Below are positions 34,807-44,651 of a stretch of DNA of 64,000 nucleotides, piece by piece. The notes under the pieces are model-generated. The model saw only the letters and a program-made list of their open reading frames with translations, did no database searches and had not been told where the DNA came from. The translations under genes were made by a program, and so were the position numbers. The stretch comes from Clostridia bacterium (GTDB lineage Bacteria > Bacillota > DSM-521 > Neomoorellales > SLTJ01). The stretch's first letter is position 1; each line of letters opens with the position of its first letter. The stretch covers positions 3,157-67,156 of the forward strand of contig SLTJ01000021.1 of NCBI GenBank assembly GCA_004347685.1, given 5' to 3'.

Positions 34807-36009
34807 CTACAGGCAGCGCAAAAGACCCTTCTCAATGGGGGTAAGGAGTTCCGTACCCCGGTCCGTAACCACATAGCTATCCTCAATGCCCACCGCCCCC
34901 CGTCCGGGGAAAACAAATGTCGGCTCAAGGGCGATGACCATGCCCGGCTCGAGCTCCATCTGGTTCCCGTGGGCCAGGGCCGGCAGTTCGTCCAGCTCCA
35001 GGCCGATGCCGTGGCCGACAAACTTAACCTGTTCCTCCAGGTAGCCCAGGTAATAATCCTCCAGGCCCGTGCGCCTGGCCCTTTCCACTGACAGGCGGTA
35101 AAGCTCGCTGGCCGGCATCCCCGGCCGGGCAACTGCCGCCAGCTCCGCCTCTATTTCCTCCGCCAGGTAGTAGGCCTGCTCCAGGTCGGGGTCAATGGCG
35201 CCAAGGCCGAAGGTGCGGGTAACGTCCGCTATATAACCGCCTGCAGCCGCCACGGCAAAGTCTATGTAAACGGGCTCGCCTGCCTGCATGCGGCGGAAGC
35301 CGGAACCGGCGGCTATGGCCGGGTTCGGGCCTTCGCCCCCGGTCAGCCCTTCAAAAAAGCTGGGCACGCCCCCGCTGGGACCGGCCAGGACGTGAATGGG
35401 TACAACATAGCGGTTGAGGCCGGCCATGCGCACCCGCCCCTGTTCTCCCCGTACCCGCGCCACTTCATACAGGGCCGCCGAAGCTTCCAGTTCGGTCATC
35501 CCTGGGCGCAAGACCGTCCGCGCAGCGCTGACCATGGCGGCGATAACCTGCGCTGTCTCCCGGATACATTGCAGCTCGTAGGGAGACTTTAACATCCGCA
35601 CCTGTTTGATGGCCTGGCTGGCATCCACTATGCGCGCCCGGGGGAAAAGCTTCTGGTAGGAGAAAAATAAAGCCGCGGGGATTTCTTCTAACTCCAGGGC
35701 CAGAACCCCGGGGGCAAAGCCGTGGTCGGCCATGACCTGCGGCACTTCCTTGGGGCTTTTAACCTGCACGATGCCGGCCATGGGGGTCTCCAGGCAGGCC
35801 CGCCCGTAGCTCTTCTGGGCCATGAGCAGGGGACGCCCTGCGGCCGGTATGTAGAGGTAAGAGCGCTGGATGGTGCCGGCAAAATAATAGAGGTTCACGT
35901 CCCTGATAAGGAGCGCCCCCTCTACGTCCTGCGCCGCCAGCTTCTCCTGCAGCCTTGCTATCCGGCCGGAAATTTCCTCCGGCGGGGTAAACTGCAGGTG
36001 GGGCAACAT
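34807..36009 (-). CDS. Xaa-Pro peptidase family (M24) metallopeptidase
   Basis: Creatinase N-domain, YIDF, YIADVTRT, GHGIGLELDE, ALEP, GIEDS. Start placed at MLPHLQF. Confidence 0.9.
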   Translation of the reverse strand: MLPHLQFTPPEEISGRIARLQEKLAAQDVEGALLIRDVNLYYFAGTIQRSYLYIPAAGRPLLMAQKSYGRACLETPMAGIVQVKSPKEVPQVMADHGFAPGVLALELEEIPAALFFSYQKLFPRARIVDASQAIKQVRMLKSPYELQCIRETAQVIAAMVSAARTVLRPGMTELEASAALYEVARVRGEQGRVRMAGLNRYVVPIHVLAGPSGGVPSFFEGLTGGEGPNPAIAAGSGFRRMQAGEPVYIDFAVAAAGGYIADVTRTFGLGAIDPDLEQAYYLAEEIEAELAAVARPGMPASELYRLSVERARRTGLEDYYLGYLEEQVKFVGHGIGLELDELPALAHGNQMELEPGMVIALEPTFVFPGRGAVGIEDSYVVTDRGTELLTPIEKGLLRCL

Positions 36010-36068
36010 TTCCCGCCGCTCTTTAACCTTTTCCCCGGTTGGTGCTGTAACAACTTCTACTGGCAAAG

Positions 36069-36284
36069 CTACCACCTCACCGCCGCAAACTCTGGTAAGT
36101 CGAAATGCAGCTTTGGCCCTATCTCCTCCTGGAGGACCTTCTCCCGGGCCGCTATCTCTTCTGCCGGTACCGTTTCTCCCTTTTCCCGCCGCCACTTGAG
36201 GTCCACCAGCTCCATGACTTCCTTTGGCGGCACCGACACCGGCGCCCCGTGGCCGCCGTAGGCCTTCACGTACGGGTAGTCCAT
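36069..36284 (-). CDS. Hypothetical protein or C-terminal remnant
   Basis: Protein-like composition (MDYPYVKAYGGHG...). No clear RBS; sits at the edge of the lower-GC cassette. Confidence 0.4.
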   Translation of the reverse strand: MDYPYVKAYGGHGAPVSVPPKEVMELVDLKWRREKGETVPAEEIAAREKVLQEEIGPKLHFDLPEFAAVRW

Positions 36285-36345
36285 TGCCTGCAGCTTAGTT
36301 ACAACAGATCCCGGTCGCGGTGCCGGGAGAAGGTGTAAGAAAATC

Positions 36346-38160
36346 CTATCCGGCCATACTTTCCTCGCGATAGAGGGTTTCTACCTCGGCGGCAAACTTC
36401 TGCTCCATCACTTTCCGCCGCACCTTCTGGGTTGCGGTGAGATCCCCTTCCTCGTGATACAGTTCCCGGTCAATAAGGACAAACTTCTTTATCTGCTCTA
36501 CCCGGGCCAGTTCGGCGTTAACAGCATCCACCTCTTTTTGAATCAAGGCTATCACTTCGGGCCGGTGGGACAGGTCCCTGATGGTGGTGTAAGGGATCCC
36601 CTGATTCTGGGCCCAGTTCCCTACCACATCAGTTTCTATCTGGATCAATGCCCCGAGGTATTTCCGGCCGTCCCCGACCACCAGGGCTTCGCGGATATAT
36701 GGGCTGGCCTTAAGCTTATTTTCTATAAACTGCGGGGAAACGTTTTTCCCGCCACTGGTAATGATAATGTCCTTTTTTCTGCCGATGATCTTTAGGTGCC
36801 CATCGGCATCTATCTCGCCCAGGTCCCCCGTATAAAGCCACCCGTCTCGCTTAACCTCTGCCGTAGCCTCCGGCCGGCGGTAGTAGCCATGGAAAATCCC
36901 AGGGGTGCGGAAAACTATCTCCCCATCCTCAGCGATCCGTACTTCGTAACCAAGGAAAGATTTACCCACCGTGCCGATTTTAATATCGTCGTACTGCATG
37001 GTAGTCACACTTGTCAGTTCGGTCATCCCGAAGCCTTCCCGCACCTTAATACCTATCGAGTGGAAAAACAGGGAAACTTCCGGGGGCAGGGGAGCCCCGG
37101 CACAAAGGATATACCTCGCCCGCTTCAAGCCGGTGAAATGGCGCAAGGGGTTAAACAGGATTGGGGTTAGAATGAGCCGCTGCAGCCTTTCCGGCAAGGT
37201 CCAGCTTTCTTTATTGAAGTATTTTAGCGCCAGTTTCTTTCCCCGGGACAAGCCCCAGGCGAAAACTCTGCGCTTCATGTTGCTTGAATTATCCATCTTA
37301 ATGGTGATGGACGCCTGCATTTTCTCCAAGATGCGGGGGACAGTAATGAATGTAGTCGGCGCGAGTTCCTGCAAGTCCTTCTGGACAGAATCCGTGCTCT
37401 CGGCAAAGTTGACCACATATCCTACCATCAGGTGCGTGTATAGGGCAAATACCCGCTCAAAGGCATGACAAAGTGGTAGATAAGAGATATGGGAATCATC
37501 TGGGGTCAACAGCAAGGTATCCTGAATGATCCTGGTTGTCTCGAGAACATTCCGGTGCGAGATGACGGCTCCTTTAGGATTGCCGGTGGTACCGGACGTA
37601 TAGATAAAGACCGAGGGATCGTCGGGTTTCCCAGCCCTGACCCGCTCCATAAAAAGGGCCGGGTTCTCGGCATGAACCGTTCTTCCTAGGCTTTCCACTT
37701 CCTTGAAACTGATTATCATGGGGTCATTATACTTTTTTATTCCTTTGGCGTTCATAACAATTATTTTGCGCAGGCGTGAAAGGCTTTCCCGCACCTCGAG
37801 GATCTTGTCCACATGTTCCTGGTTCTCGGAAATGAAGAACTCGGCTTCGGCATCATCCATGATATAAGCGAGTTCTTTGGCCGGGTTGGTAGGATAAACT
37901 CCCACGGTAACCCCGCCCATGGACTGGATCGCCAGGTCAGCGTAAAGCCACTCCTGGGTATTCTCTGATTGGATACAGACCTTGGTCCCGGGGTTTAATC
38001 CCAGCTTGTGCAGGCCGAGGGCAAAGTCGCGCACATGCTCGAAATAATCGCCCCAGGTCACTTCCTGCCAAATCCCAAAATCCTTCTGCCGCAGAGCCAC
38101 CCGATCACGCCATTTCTCTACCGCTTCGCAGAAAAGCTTGGGCAGAGTGTCAACCCCCAT
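36346..38160 (-). CDS. AMP-dependent long-chain acyl-CoA synthetase (FadD-like)
   Basis: IYTSGTTGNPKG, YLPLCHAFER, EGFGMTE, YTGDLG, GRKKDIIITSGGKNVSPQ.IEN. Confidence 0.93.
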   Translation of the reverse strand: MGVDTLPKLFCEAVEKWRDRVALRQKDFGIWQEVTWGDYFEHVRDFALGLHKLGLNPGTKVCIQSENTQEWLYADLAIQSMGGVTVGVYPTNPAKELAYIMDDAEAEFFISENQEHVDKILEVRESLSRLRKIIVMNAKGIKKYNDPMIISFKEVESLGRTVHAENPALFMERVRAGKPDDPSVFIYTSGTTGNPKGAVISHRNVLETTRIIQDTLLLTPDDSHISYLPLCHAFERVFALYTHLMVGYVVNFAESTDSVQKDLQELAPTTFITVPRILEKMQASITIKMDNSSNMKRRVFAWGLSRGKKLALKYFNKESWTLPERLQRLILTPILFNPLRHFTGLKRARYILCAGAPLPPEVSLFFHSIGIKVREGFGMTELTSVTTMQYDDIKIGTVGKSFLGYEVRIAEDGEIVFRTPGIFHGYYRRPEATAEVKRDGWLYTGDLGEIDADGHLKIIGRKKDIIITSGGKNVSPQFIENKLKASPYIREALVVGDGRKYLGALIQIETDVVGNWAQNQGIPYTTIRDLSHRPEVIALIQKEVDAVNAELARVEQIKKFVLIDRELYHEEGDLTATQKVRRKVMEQKFAAEVETLYREESMAG

Positions 38161-38186
38161 AGCTACCTTCCCCCACAAGTATATGT

Positions 38187-39050
38187 TCAAGCCGGCCTTT
38201 GCCCTTCGGCACCGACATAGGCAGCGACAACCTCTGGAATCTGCACCACCTGAGCCGGTTGTCCCTCGCCGATTACGCGGCCGAAGTTCATAACCGTAAC
38301 CCGGTCCGAAATATCCATCACCATGTCCAGCTCATGCTCAATGAGCACGACGGCCAGCCCCAGATCTTCCTTCACGTCCAGGATAAAACGGGCCATGTCT
38401 TCCTTCTCCTCCAGGTTCATGCCGGCCACTGGCTCATCCAGCAAGAGCACGGCAGGCTCCAGGGCCAGCGCCCGGCCGAGTTCCACCCTTTTTTGCAGCC
38501 CGTAAGATAACTCCCCGACCGGCACGTTTCGCAGATGTTCTATCTCCAAGAACTCAATTATCTCCTCAACCATGGCCTGGTTACGAATATCCTCCCGCAC
38601 GCCTTTCCCCCAGTAAAAGGCGCCGGCCAGCAGTCCCGCCCTGATAAAGGAATGCCGGCCCACAAAGATATTCTCCAAAACCGTCATACCCTTGAAAAGG
38701 GCCAGGCGCTGGAAGGTACGGCCCAGCCCCAGCATGGATATCTTATCCGGGGACAGGCCAACCAAGTCTTGTCCGCGAACCAGTATCTCCCCCTGCTGCG
38801 GCCGGTACAAGCCGCTTATACAGTTAAGCAGGCTAGACTTACCCGCCCCGTTTGGCCCGACAATGGCGTGTATTTCTCCCTGCTGCACATGGAAGGAAAC
38901 GCCGTCCAGCGCCGTAATCCCGCCAAAACGCAACGTTAATTTCCTCGCCTCCAGACAAACTTTCCCCTTTTCATGGCAATAATTGTAAAATGATGGCAAT
39001 ACTTCGTTGCGGCGGTGCCAGTAGTGCGGGACTACAGGATCTTTTTCCAT
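38187..39050 (-). CDS. LIV-type ABC transporter ATP-binding subunit (LivG-like)
   Basis: GPNGAGKS, RTFQ, LSYGLQKRVELGRAL, LLDEP. ATG overlaps the upstream stop (TAATG). Confidence 0.93.
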   Translation of the reverse strand: MEKDPVVPHYWHRRNEVLPSFYNYCHEKGKVCLEARKLTLRFGGITALDGVSFHVQQGEIHAIVGPNGAGKSSLLNCISGLYRPQQGEILVRGQDLVGLSPDKISMLGLGRTFQRLALFKGMTVLENIFVGRHSFIRAGLLAGAFYWGKGVREDIRNQAMVEEIIEFLEIEHLRNVPVGELSYGLQKRVELGRALALEPAVLLLDEPVAGMNLEEKEDMARFILDVKEDLGLAVVLIEHELDMVMDISDRVTVMNFGRVIGEGQPAQVVQIPEVVAAYVGAEGQRPA

Positions 39051-39838
39051 TACGAAAGCCACCTTTTCGTCCGCTTATAATGTTTCACATCGCGGTAGCT
39101 CCGCCTCTTGCTACCCTGGCCAAATCCCAGGTAAAACTCCTTGACTTCCTTATCCTGCAATAATTCGCCGGCCGGGGCGTCCAGCACTATTTTACCATTT
39201 TCCATAATGTAACCGTACGAGGCGATAGCCAGGGCGCGGCGGGCATTCTGCTCGATGAGGAGAATGGAAATCCCCTCTTCCTCATTGATCTTGCGGATAA
39301 AGCCGAACAGTTCGTCCACAATCAGCGGAGCCAAACCCAGCGACGGCTCATCGAGCATTAATACTTTAGGGCGGGCCAGCAAGGCCCGGGCCAGGGCGAG
39401 CATCTGCTGCTCGCCCCCGCTCAGATAACCGGCCCTGACCCATGCCCTCTGCTGCAGGACAGGGAACCACTCCCAGGCTTTACCCAAGCCGTCGGCCTGG
39501 TCACCGCGGGAATGAAGCAGGCCCAGGCGCAGGTTTTCCTCAACCGTCAAATCTTCAAAGAGGCCCCCGCCTTCTGGAATGAGATAGATGCCAGCGCGGC
39601 GAACTTTTTCCGGCGGGTGGCCGGCAATGCTTTGCCCGTCAAGGAATATGTTCCCGCCGGTAATTTCTCCTTCCCTGGACTTGAGAATACCGGACATGGC
39701 CCGTAGGATGCTTGTTTTACCGGCTCCGTTAGGGCCCAGCAGGGTCACTATCTGGCCGTCCGGAACCTTCACCGACACGCCCTTGACCGCATAAATGACT
39801 TCGTCATATACTACTTCGATGTTCTCTATCGAAAGCAT
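39050..39838 (-). CDS. LIV-type ABC transporter ATP-binding subunit (LivF-like)
   Basis: GPNGAGKT, LSGGEQQML, LDEPSLGLAP, C-terminal SYRDVKHYKR typical of FadD-linked systems. Confidence 0.94.
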   Translation of the reverse strand: MLSIENIEVVYDEVIYAVKGVSVKVPDGQIVTLLGPNGAGKTSILRAMSGILKSREGEITGGNIFLDGQSIAGHPPEKVRRAGIYLIPEGGGLFEDLTVEENLRLGLLHSRGDQADGLGKAWEWFPVLQQRAWVRAGYLSGGEQQMLALARALLARPKVLMLDEPSLGLAPLIVDELFGFIRKINEEEGISILLIEQNARRALAIASYGYIMENGKIVLDAPAGELLQDKEVKEFYLGFGQGSKRRSYRDVKHYKRTKRWLS

Positions 39839-39843
39839 GAGTC

Positions 39844-41115
39844 TTAACCTTCCTCTGGCGTGTACCAGTCGCTGACGGGCTCAAAGTAACCCTTTTCCAC
39901 GTTGGCTTTTACGTATTTTACCTGTTTAGAACCGTAATGCCTGCTAGCGGAATAGCTCAAAGGCGCGGTCAGGCCACCGGTGTTAAAGTCCTGCAGGCTT
40001 TCAATGGCTTCCTTGAGGGTATCCGTAGTAGGATTATCCCCGGCCTTTCTCAAGCCTTCCGTGAAGACCATGGCGTCAGTCCAGGTCATGAGATACCACT
40101 GGGAATAATACAGCTTCTTCTCAACCCCGTACTTCTGGGCCATCTCCTCAACCTGTTTGATGCCAGGCACATCCTCGGCAAAGGTAGCATAAAAGGTAAC
40201 GCCTACGGCATTCTTGATGGCCTCGGTATTGCCTGCCAGCTCAATCAACGGAGGCTCAGTGGTGTTGTAATTCAAGATGAAGGGAGCCTTAAACTGGAGC
40301 TGGTCAGCAGCCTTGAATATCACTGCTCCCTGGAGACCGGCCTGAACCAGCAATACGTAGTCAACGCCAGCGTTTTTCAGATTGGTCAACTGGGAGGTGG
40401 CATCCACGTCGCTGAGGTTGAAAACCTCTGGTACAACTGTAAGCCCCTTCTCCCCGGCCCGTTTCTTAATCCATTTGAACCCATCCTGCCCGAAGGTGTT
40501 ATCCGGGTACATGACGCCGATCTTGGCCCCGGGTTTTTCCTTGGCCACGTAATCAACCTGCGCATAGTAGCCGATATGGTAGGGCGGACTGGTAATAAAC
40601 ACGTAGGGATTCTGCTCAGGCTCGAACATGAAGGTGGCTCGGCTCTGCGGGAACACTATGTTCTTTTCCTTAATGTAATCAGGCAGGAGCGCCTGATTGG
40701 CCCCGGTAGTCCAGACGTCAACTACGGTAAAGACCTGGTCCTGGGTATGTAACTTCTTAAACAGGCTTATTTCTCTGGACTGGTCGTACTGGCCATCTTC
40801 CACCTTTAGCTCCAGTTTCCGCCCGTTTATCCCGCCCTGCTCATTGACTAACTTAAAGTAAGTGTCCCACCCTGCCTGGGACTGGACGCCGATATCACCG
40901 GTAGGTCCGGTTACGTCCGGCACTATGCCAACCTTGATGGCATCTGGCGTAATCCCCTCAGCGGCAACCTCCTGTCTTGGTGTTTGTTCTTTTTGCTGGC
41001 CTAGCTGGCCCTCGGACTGGGACTGTTTGCCACTGCCACCGCCACAGCCGGCCAAGAGCAACCCTACCAGCAAAACTGCCACCAACCAGAACCATTTACT
41101 AGCAACTCTTTGCAT
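39844..41115 (-). CDS. LIV-type ABC substrate-binding lipoprotein
   Basis: Lipobox LLAGC, GGINGRKLE...DG.YD, DNTFGQDG. Confidence 0.9.
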   Translation of the reverse strand: MQRVASKWFWLVAVLLVGLLLAGCGGGSGKQSQSEGQLGQQKEQTPRQEVAAEGITPDAIKVGIVPDVTGPTGDIGVQSQAGWDTYFKLVNEQGGINGRKLELKVEDGQYDQSREISLFKKLHTQDQVFTVVDVWTTGANQALLPDYIKEKNIVFPQSRATFMFEPEQNPYVFITSPPYHIGYYAQVDYVAKEKPGAKIGVMYPDNTFGQDGFKWIKKRAGEKGLTVVPEVFNLSDVDATSQLTNLKNAGVDYVLLVQAGLQGAVIFKAADQLQFKAPFILNYNTTEPPLIELAGNTEAIKNAVGVTFYATFAEDVPGIKQVEEMAQKYGVEKKLYYSQWYLMTWTDAMVFTEGLRKAGDNPTTDTLKEAIESLQDFNTGGLTAPLSYSASRHYGSKQVKYVKANVEKGYFEPVSDWYTPEEG

Positions 41116-41207
41116 TGCTTCTCTCCCCCTCCGCAAAGCTCATTATCAATCTGCTAAAGTTAAATCCGGCCAGAATGCTGGCTGCTTCCTGCCCTTGCTG
41201 GTCTTTT

Positions 41208-41225
41208 CCCCCCCCCCCCCCCCCC
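41208..41225. repeat. C18 (G18 on the coding strand) homopolymer in the permease/SBP intergenic spacer
   Basis: Directly visible run of 18 C. Confidence 0.9.
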
Positions 41226-41229
41226 TCCA

Positions 41230-42282
41230 CTAATATCTAAAGGGCCACATAACCAGATAATTTCGCAGGCTTTTCCACAACCCGAAAAGCCCTTCCGGCT
41301 CAAAGATAAGGAACAGCACTATGGCCAGACCGAAGAAGAGCCGTTCCAGGTAAGGCACGGCAGTGCTGGCCTGAAAGGCAGGCCACAATGACTGCAGGTA
41401 CCCGGCGAGCTGGTTGATCCAGTTGGGCAACATGGTTATGAAAGCCGCCCCAGCGACCGTTCCCGCCAGGGTACCCATGCCGCCAACTATCACCATGGCG
41501 ATATAGTTGACCGAAACGGTAAAGGTGAAGTCCTGCGGGCTGATGAAGCCGATGTAATACGCATAAAGGCTCCCGGCGACCCCGGCATAAAAGGCTCCGG
41601 TAGTGAAGGAAAGCGTTTTGTACATCCGCAGGTTAACTCCCATAGCCTCAGCCGCCAGGTCCCAATCGCGGATAGCCTTCCAGGCCCTCCCGGTTTTGGT
41701 ACGCAAAAGGTTTTTGGCCAAAACGAGGCCCAGGACAACTATAGCCAGGCCAACCGGATAAAAGGCATACTCGCCGTCGAGCTCCAGGCCGAAAAAGTTG
41801 AGTTCAGGAATATGCCGGCCCATGGCCCCGCCGGTGAGCGGTTCAGCCTTCAGAATGATAAACATGACAATGTAATAGAAGGCCAGGGTTGACAGGGCCA
41901 GGTACAAGCCCTTAAGGCGAAAGGCGGGTACGGCAGCAAGCAGGCCAGTAACAGAGGTTACCGCACCGGCTATCAGTATCACCACCGGAAACGGCAGTTG
42001 CGGCAAATACCCGGCCACAATTGCGGTGGTATAGCCGCCGATGGCCAGAAAGGCGGCATGGCCAAGGGATACCTGTCCGGTGTAACCCATTAGCAAGTTC
42101 AAGCCAATTGCCCCGACGATAGCTATCATGGTCAGATTAGTGAGGTGAAGCAAATACCTGTCGGTTATAAGCGGCAGGATAATCGCCGCGACAACCGCTA
42201 CTGCCAGGACCAGTCGCTCAATGAAGAGCGGGAACAGTTCCCTGTCTCTCCGGTAGTCAACCTTGAAATAGCCACTCCTCAT
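41230..42282 (-). CDS. LIV-type ABC permease (LivM-like)
   Basis: GLNLLMGYTGQVSLGHAAF, RLKGLYLALSTLAF, GRAWKAIRD...AEAMG, VGGMG. Confidence 0.93.
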   Translation of the reverse strand: MRSGYFKVDYRRDRELFPLFIERLVLAVAVVAAIILPLITDRYLLHLTNLTMIAIVGAIGLNLLMGYTGQVSLGHAAFLAIGGYTTAIVAGYLPQLPFPVVILIAGAVTSVTGLLAAVPAFRLKGLYLALSTLAFYYIVMFIILKAEPLTGGAMGRHIPELNFFGLELDGEYAFYPVGLAIVVLGLVLAKNLLRTKTGRAWKAIRDWDLAAEAMGVNLRMYKTLSFTTGAFYAGVAGSLYAYYIGFISPQDFTFTVSVNYIAMVIVGGMGTLAGTVAGAAFITMLPNWINQLAGYLQSLWPAFQASTAVPYLERLFFGLAIVLFLIFEPEGLFGLWKSLRNYLVMWPFRY

Positions 42283-43151
42283 AACCTTTCGATCTCCTCG
42301 GTTCCGAATAGTCCGTACGGTTTAACCAGCAAGGCTGCCAGCATTACTACGAAAGCGATGACTTCCTTGGCTCCGCCTCCGAGAAGGGGATCAACAAACT
42401 TCCCCGCCAGGTTCTCGATAATGCCGATGGCCAGTCCTCCGAGAAGGGCACCGCCCACGCTGTCCATACCGCCCAGGACAGCTCCCGGAAAGGCCCGGAA
42501 GGCAAAGGCATCCAGGTTCAGATTTACCGAAAGCATGCTGGCGAGAAAGACCCCGCCTACAGCCCCCACCAGAGCTGCAAAGCCCCAGCTCAGGGCAAAA
42601 ACCCGGCTGACGCTGATCCCAATCAGGCTGGCATAATCCTGATTGGTGGCCACTGCCCGCATGCTTATGCCCATGGAACTCTGCCGGTAAAAGAGGATGA
42701 ATAACACAAATACGCCCAGAGAACTAATTATAGCCCAAAAATAAACTTGTGGAATATTTTGTCCAAGGAGGTTAATACTGCCACCGGGGAACATAGGCGG
42801 AAATGGCCGCGGCCAGGCACCCCAGACAAGGCCAAGGACGGCTTTGATTATTTCGGACAGGCCTATGGTAAGCAGGAGCACCGACAGCACCGGCTCCCCA
42901 ATCATAGGCCGTAATAGCAGCCTTTCGATAACAAAACCAAGGACGAAACCGGCGACCATACTGATAAGAAGGGCCAGCGGAGCAGGTAGGCCGGCGTCAG
43001 TTATCAGCGTGAAAGAAAGGTATGTACCTACCAAAACCAGGGTTCCCTGGGCAAAGTTGAACACCTTGGTACATTTAAAAATAAGAACGAACCCCAGCGC
43101 CAGGATGCTGTAAATGCTGCCGATGGCCACGCCAGAAAAAAGTAATTCCAT
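42279..43151 (-). CDS. LIV-type ABC permease (LivH-like)
   Basis: G...GSIY..LALGFVLIFK....FNFAQG, MRAVA, LGGMDS. Confidence 0.93.
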   Translation of the reverse strand: MELLFSGVAIGSIYSILALGFVLIFKCTKVFNFAQGTLVLVGTYLSFTLITDAGLPAPLALLISMVAGFVLGFVIERLLLRPMIGEPVLSVLLLTIGLSEIIKAVLGLVWGAWPRPFPPMFPGGSINLLGQNIPQVYFWAIISSLGVFVLFILFYRQSSMGISMRAVATNQDYASLIGISVSRVFALSWGFAALVGAVGGVFLASMLSVNLNLDAFAFRAFPGAVLGGMDSVGGALLGGLAIGIIENLAGKFVDPLLGGGAKEVIAFVVMLAALLVKPYGLFGTEEIERL

Positions 43152-43273
43152 CAATCCTCTCACCCCCTCAGCTCTAAATTTCAACATCGAGATCTTGAAG
43201 CTCCATCATGGGGGTTAACACTTCGCCATACTTACATAAAATCCTCCTCTTTGGGTAAATGAATTTCATCTAT

Positions 43274-43320
43274 TAGAAATGCTACTTAGAAATGCTACTT
43301 GCTACCGTTACATACCGTTA
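43274..43320. repeat. TAGAAATGCTACT x2 and TACCGTTA x2 in the AT-rich region upstream of the first ABC operon
   Basis: Copies at 43274/43287 and 43303/43313. Confidence 0.7.
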
Positions 43321-43607
43321 AATTAACTGCCTCCCATAAGAGTAAGCGAACCAATAGCATGGTAATAGTGTCTAAACCAAGAGTCAAATAGAAAAAGTTC
43401 CATGGTGCTATCTATGGGATCAATACTTCGACAGCGGTAAACAGCGCCCAGATAGCGAGACAGCTTTCTGGCTATGCCCCACTAAGACTAAACGGCCGGC
43501 GTCAGGAGGAACATCAGGCCCTCATGAGAGAGGCCGTTATACGGAGTGGGCACCGGGGGCCCGGTCCCCGGGCCGGGCTGGTTCCCGGTGACCATGGCCA
43601 AGTTCTG

Positions 43608-44651
43608 TCACCCAGCTCCACCACCGTCCCAGTGGGGTTGGAGACAATAATAGCGAATCCCCTCCCGCTCCTCGACCTTTACTGCCCCTTCCTCCACCAG
43701 GTGCGTCAGGTGCGATAGGACCAGGCCCAGGGTAAGGAGGATCCCGGGAGCAGGAGGCAGGCGGGGAAACATTTTCCCCGCCACCTGGGCGGCCGTCAGC
43801 GGGCCGGCGGAAAGGATTTGCCTGATTTGCTCCTCCTGCCCGTGCACAGTTTTCTCAGCCAGGTCCAGGGCCGGTCCCAGGGGACGGGGATGGCCGTGCC
43901 CTGGATAAAACATGTCCGCCTTTACCCTGCGCATTCGGTCCAGCGACCGGTAATACTGCCCCACGTTCCCGCCGGTGAAAAGCTGAATGCTGGTACTGGC
44001 CCCGATCAGGAGATCTCCGGTAATGACGGCCCGGCGCTGGGGGCAATAAAGGGTGATATGCTTTTCCTGGTGGCCGGGGGTATACAGGACTACCAGGCGG
44101 GTCCGGCCTAAGGAAATTTCCTGTCCGTCCGCCAGGGGGACGACTTCCAGTGAGCCGGGGGCCAGATAGTAGCTCTCGGCCCAGACCCGCGTTGCCGGGG
44201 AGGTAAGTTCACCGGCCAGTTCCGGGTAATGCCCGGCCAGGGCATCCGGCACGCACCGGTGGGTTCTTTCCACCCACCCGGGATAATCCCGGGCTATTTC
44301 CACTGTCTCCCGGTGGGCCAGGTGTTTAACCTGAGGCCACTGTTCGGCCAGCAATACCCCACCGCCCATGTGGTCCACATGGGGATGAGTATAAATGACC
44401 CCGGCCAGGGACCCCGGAGATATGCCCCTGGCCTGCAGGGCCCGTACCAGGAACGCCAGGGCCTCCGGCGACCCGTGGCCGGCGTCAACGAGATATATGC
44501 CGTGGTCAACAAGCAAATATACATTTGCCCCCCGATAAGGATCCGGCACCGTCAGGCGCCACCATCCACCGCCCAGATCATGCCACACGTCACGCGCCGC
44601 GGTCGTTTCCACGCCCCCCAATCTAGCCATAAATTTCCTGGCCCGCCTCAT
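43608..44651 (-). CDS. MBL-fold metallo-hydrolase with a C-terminal wHTH
   Basis: THPHVDHMGG, TPGH, ITGD, PGHG. Start uncertain; overlaps the LysR stop. Confidence 0.88.
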   Translation of the reverse strand: MRRARKFMARLGGVETTAARDVWHDLGGGWWRLTVPDPYRGANVYLLVDHGIYLVDAGHGSPEALAFLVRALQARGISPGSLAGVIYTHPHVDHMGGGVLLAEQWPQVKHLAHRETVEIARDYPGWVERTHRCVPDALAGHYPELAGELTSPATRVWAESYYLAPGSLEVVPLADGQEISLGRTRLVVLYTPGHQEKHITLYCPQRRAVITGDLLIGASTSIQLFTGGNVGQYYRSLDRMRRVKADMFYPGHGHPRPLGPALDLAEKTVHGQEEQIRQILSAGPLTAAQVAGKMFPRLPPAPGILLTLGLVLSHLTHLVEEGAVKVEEREGIRYYCLQPHWDGGGAG

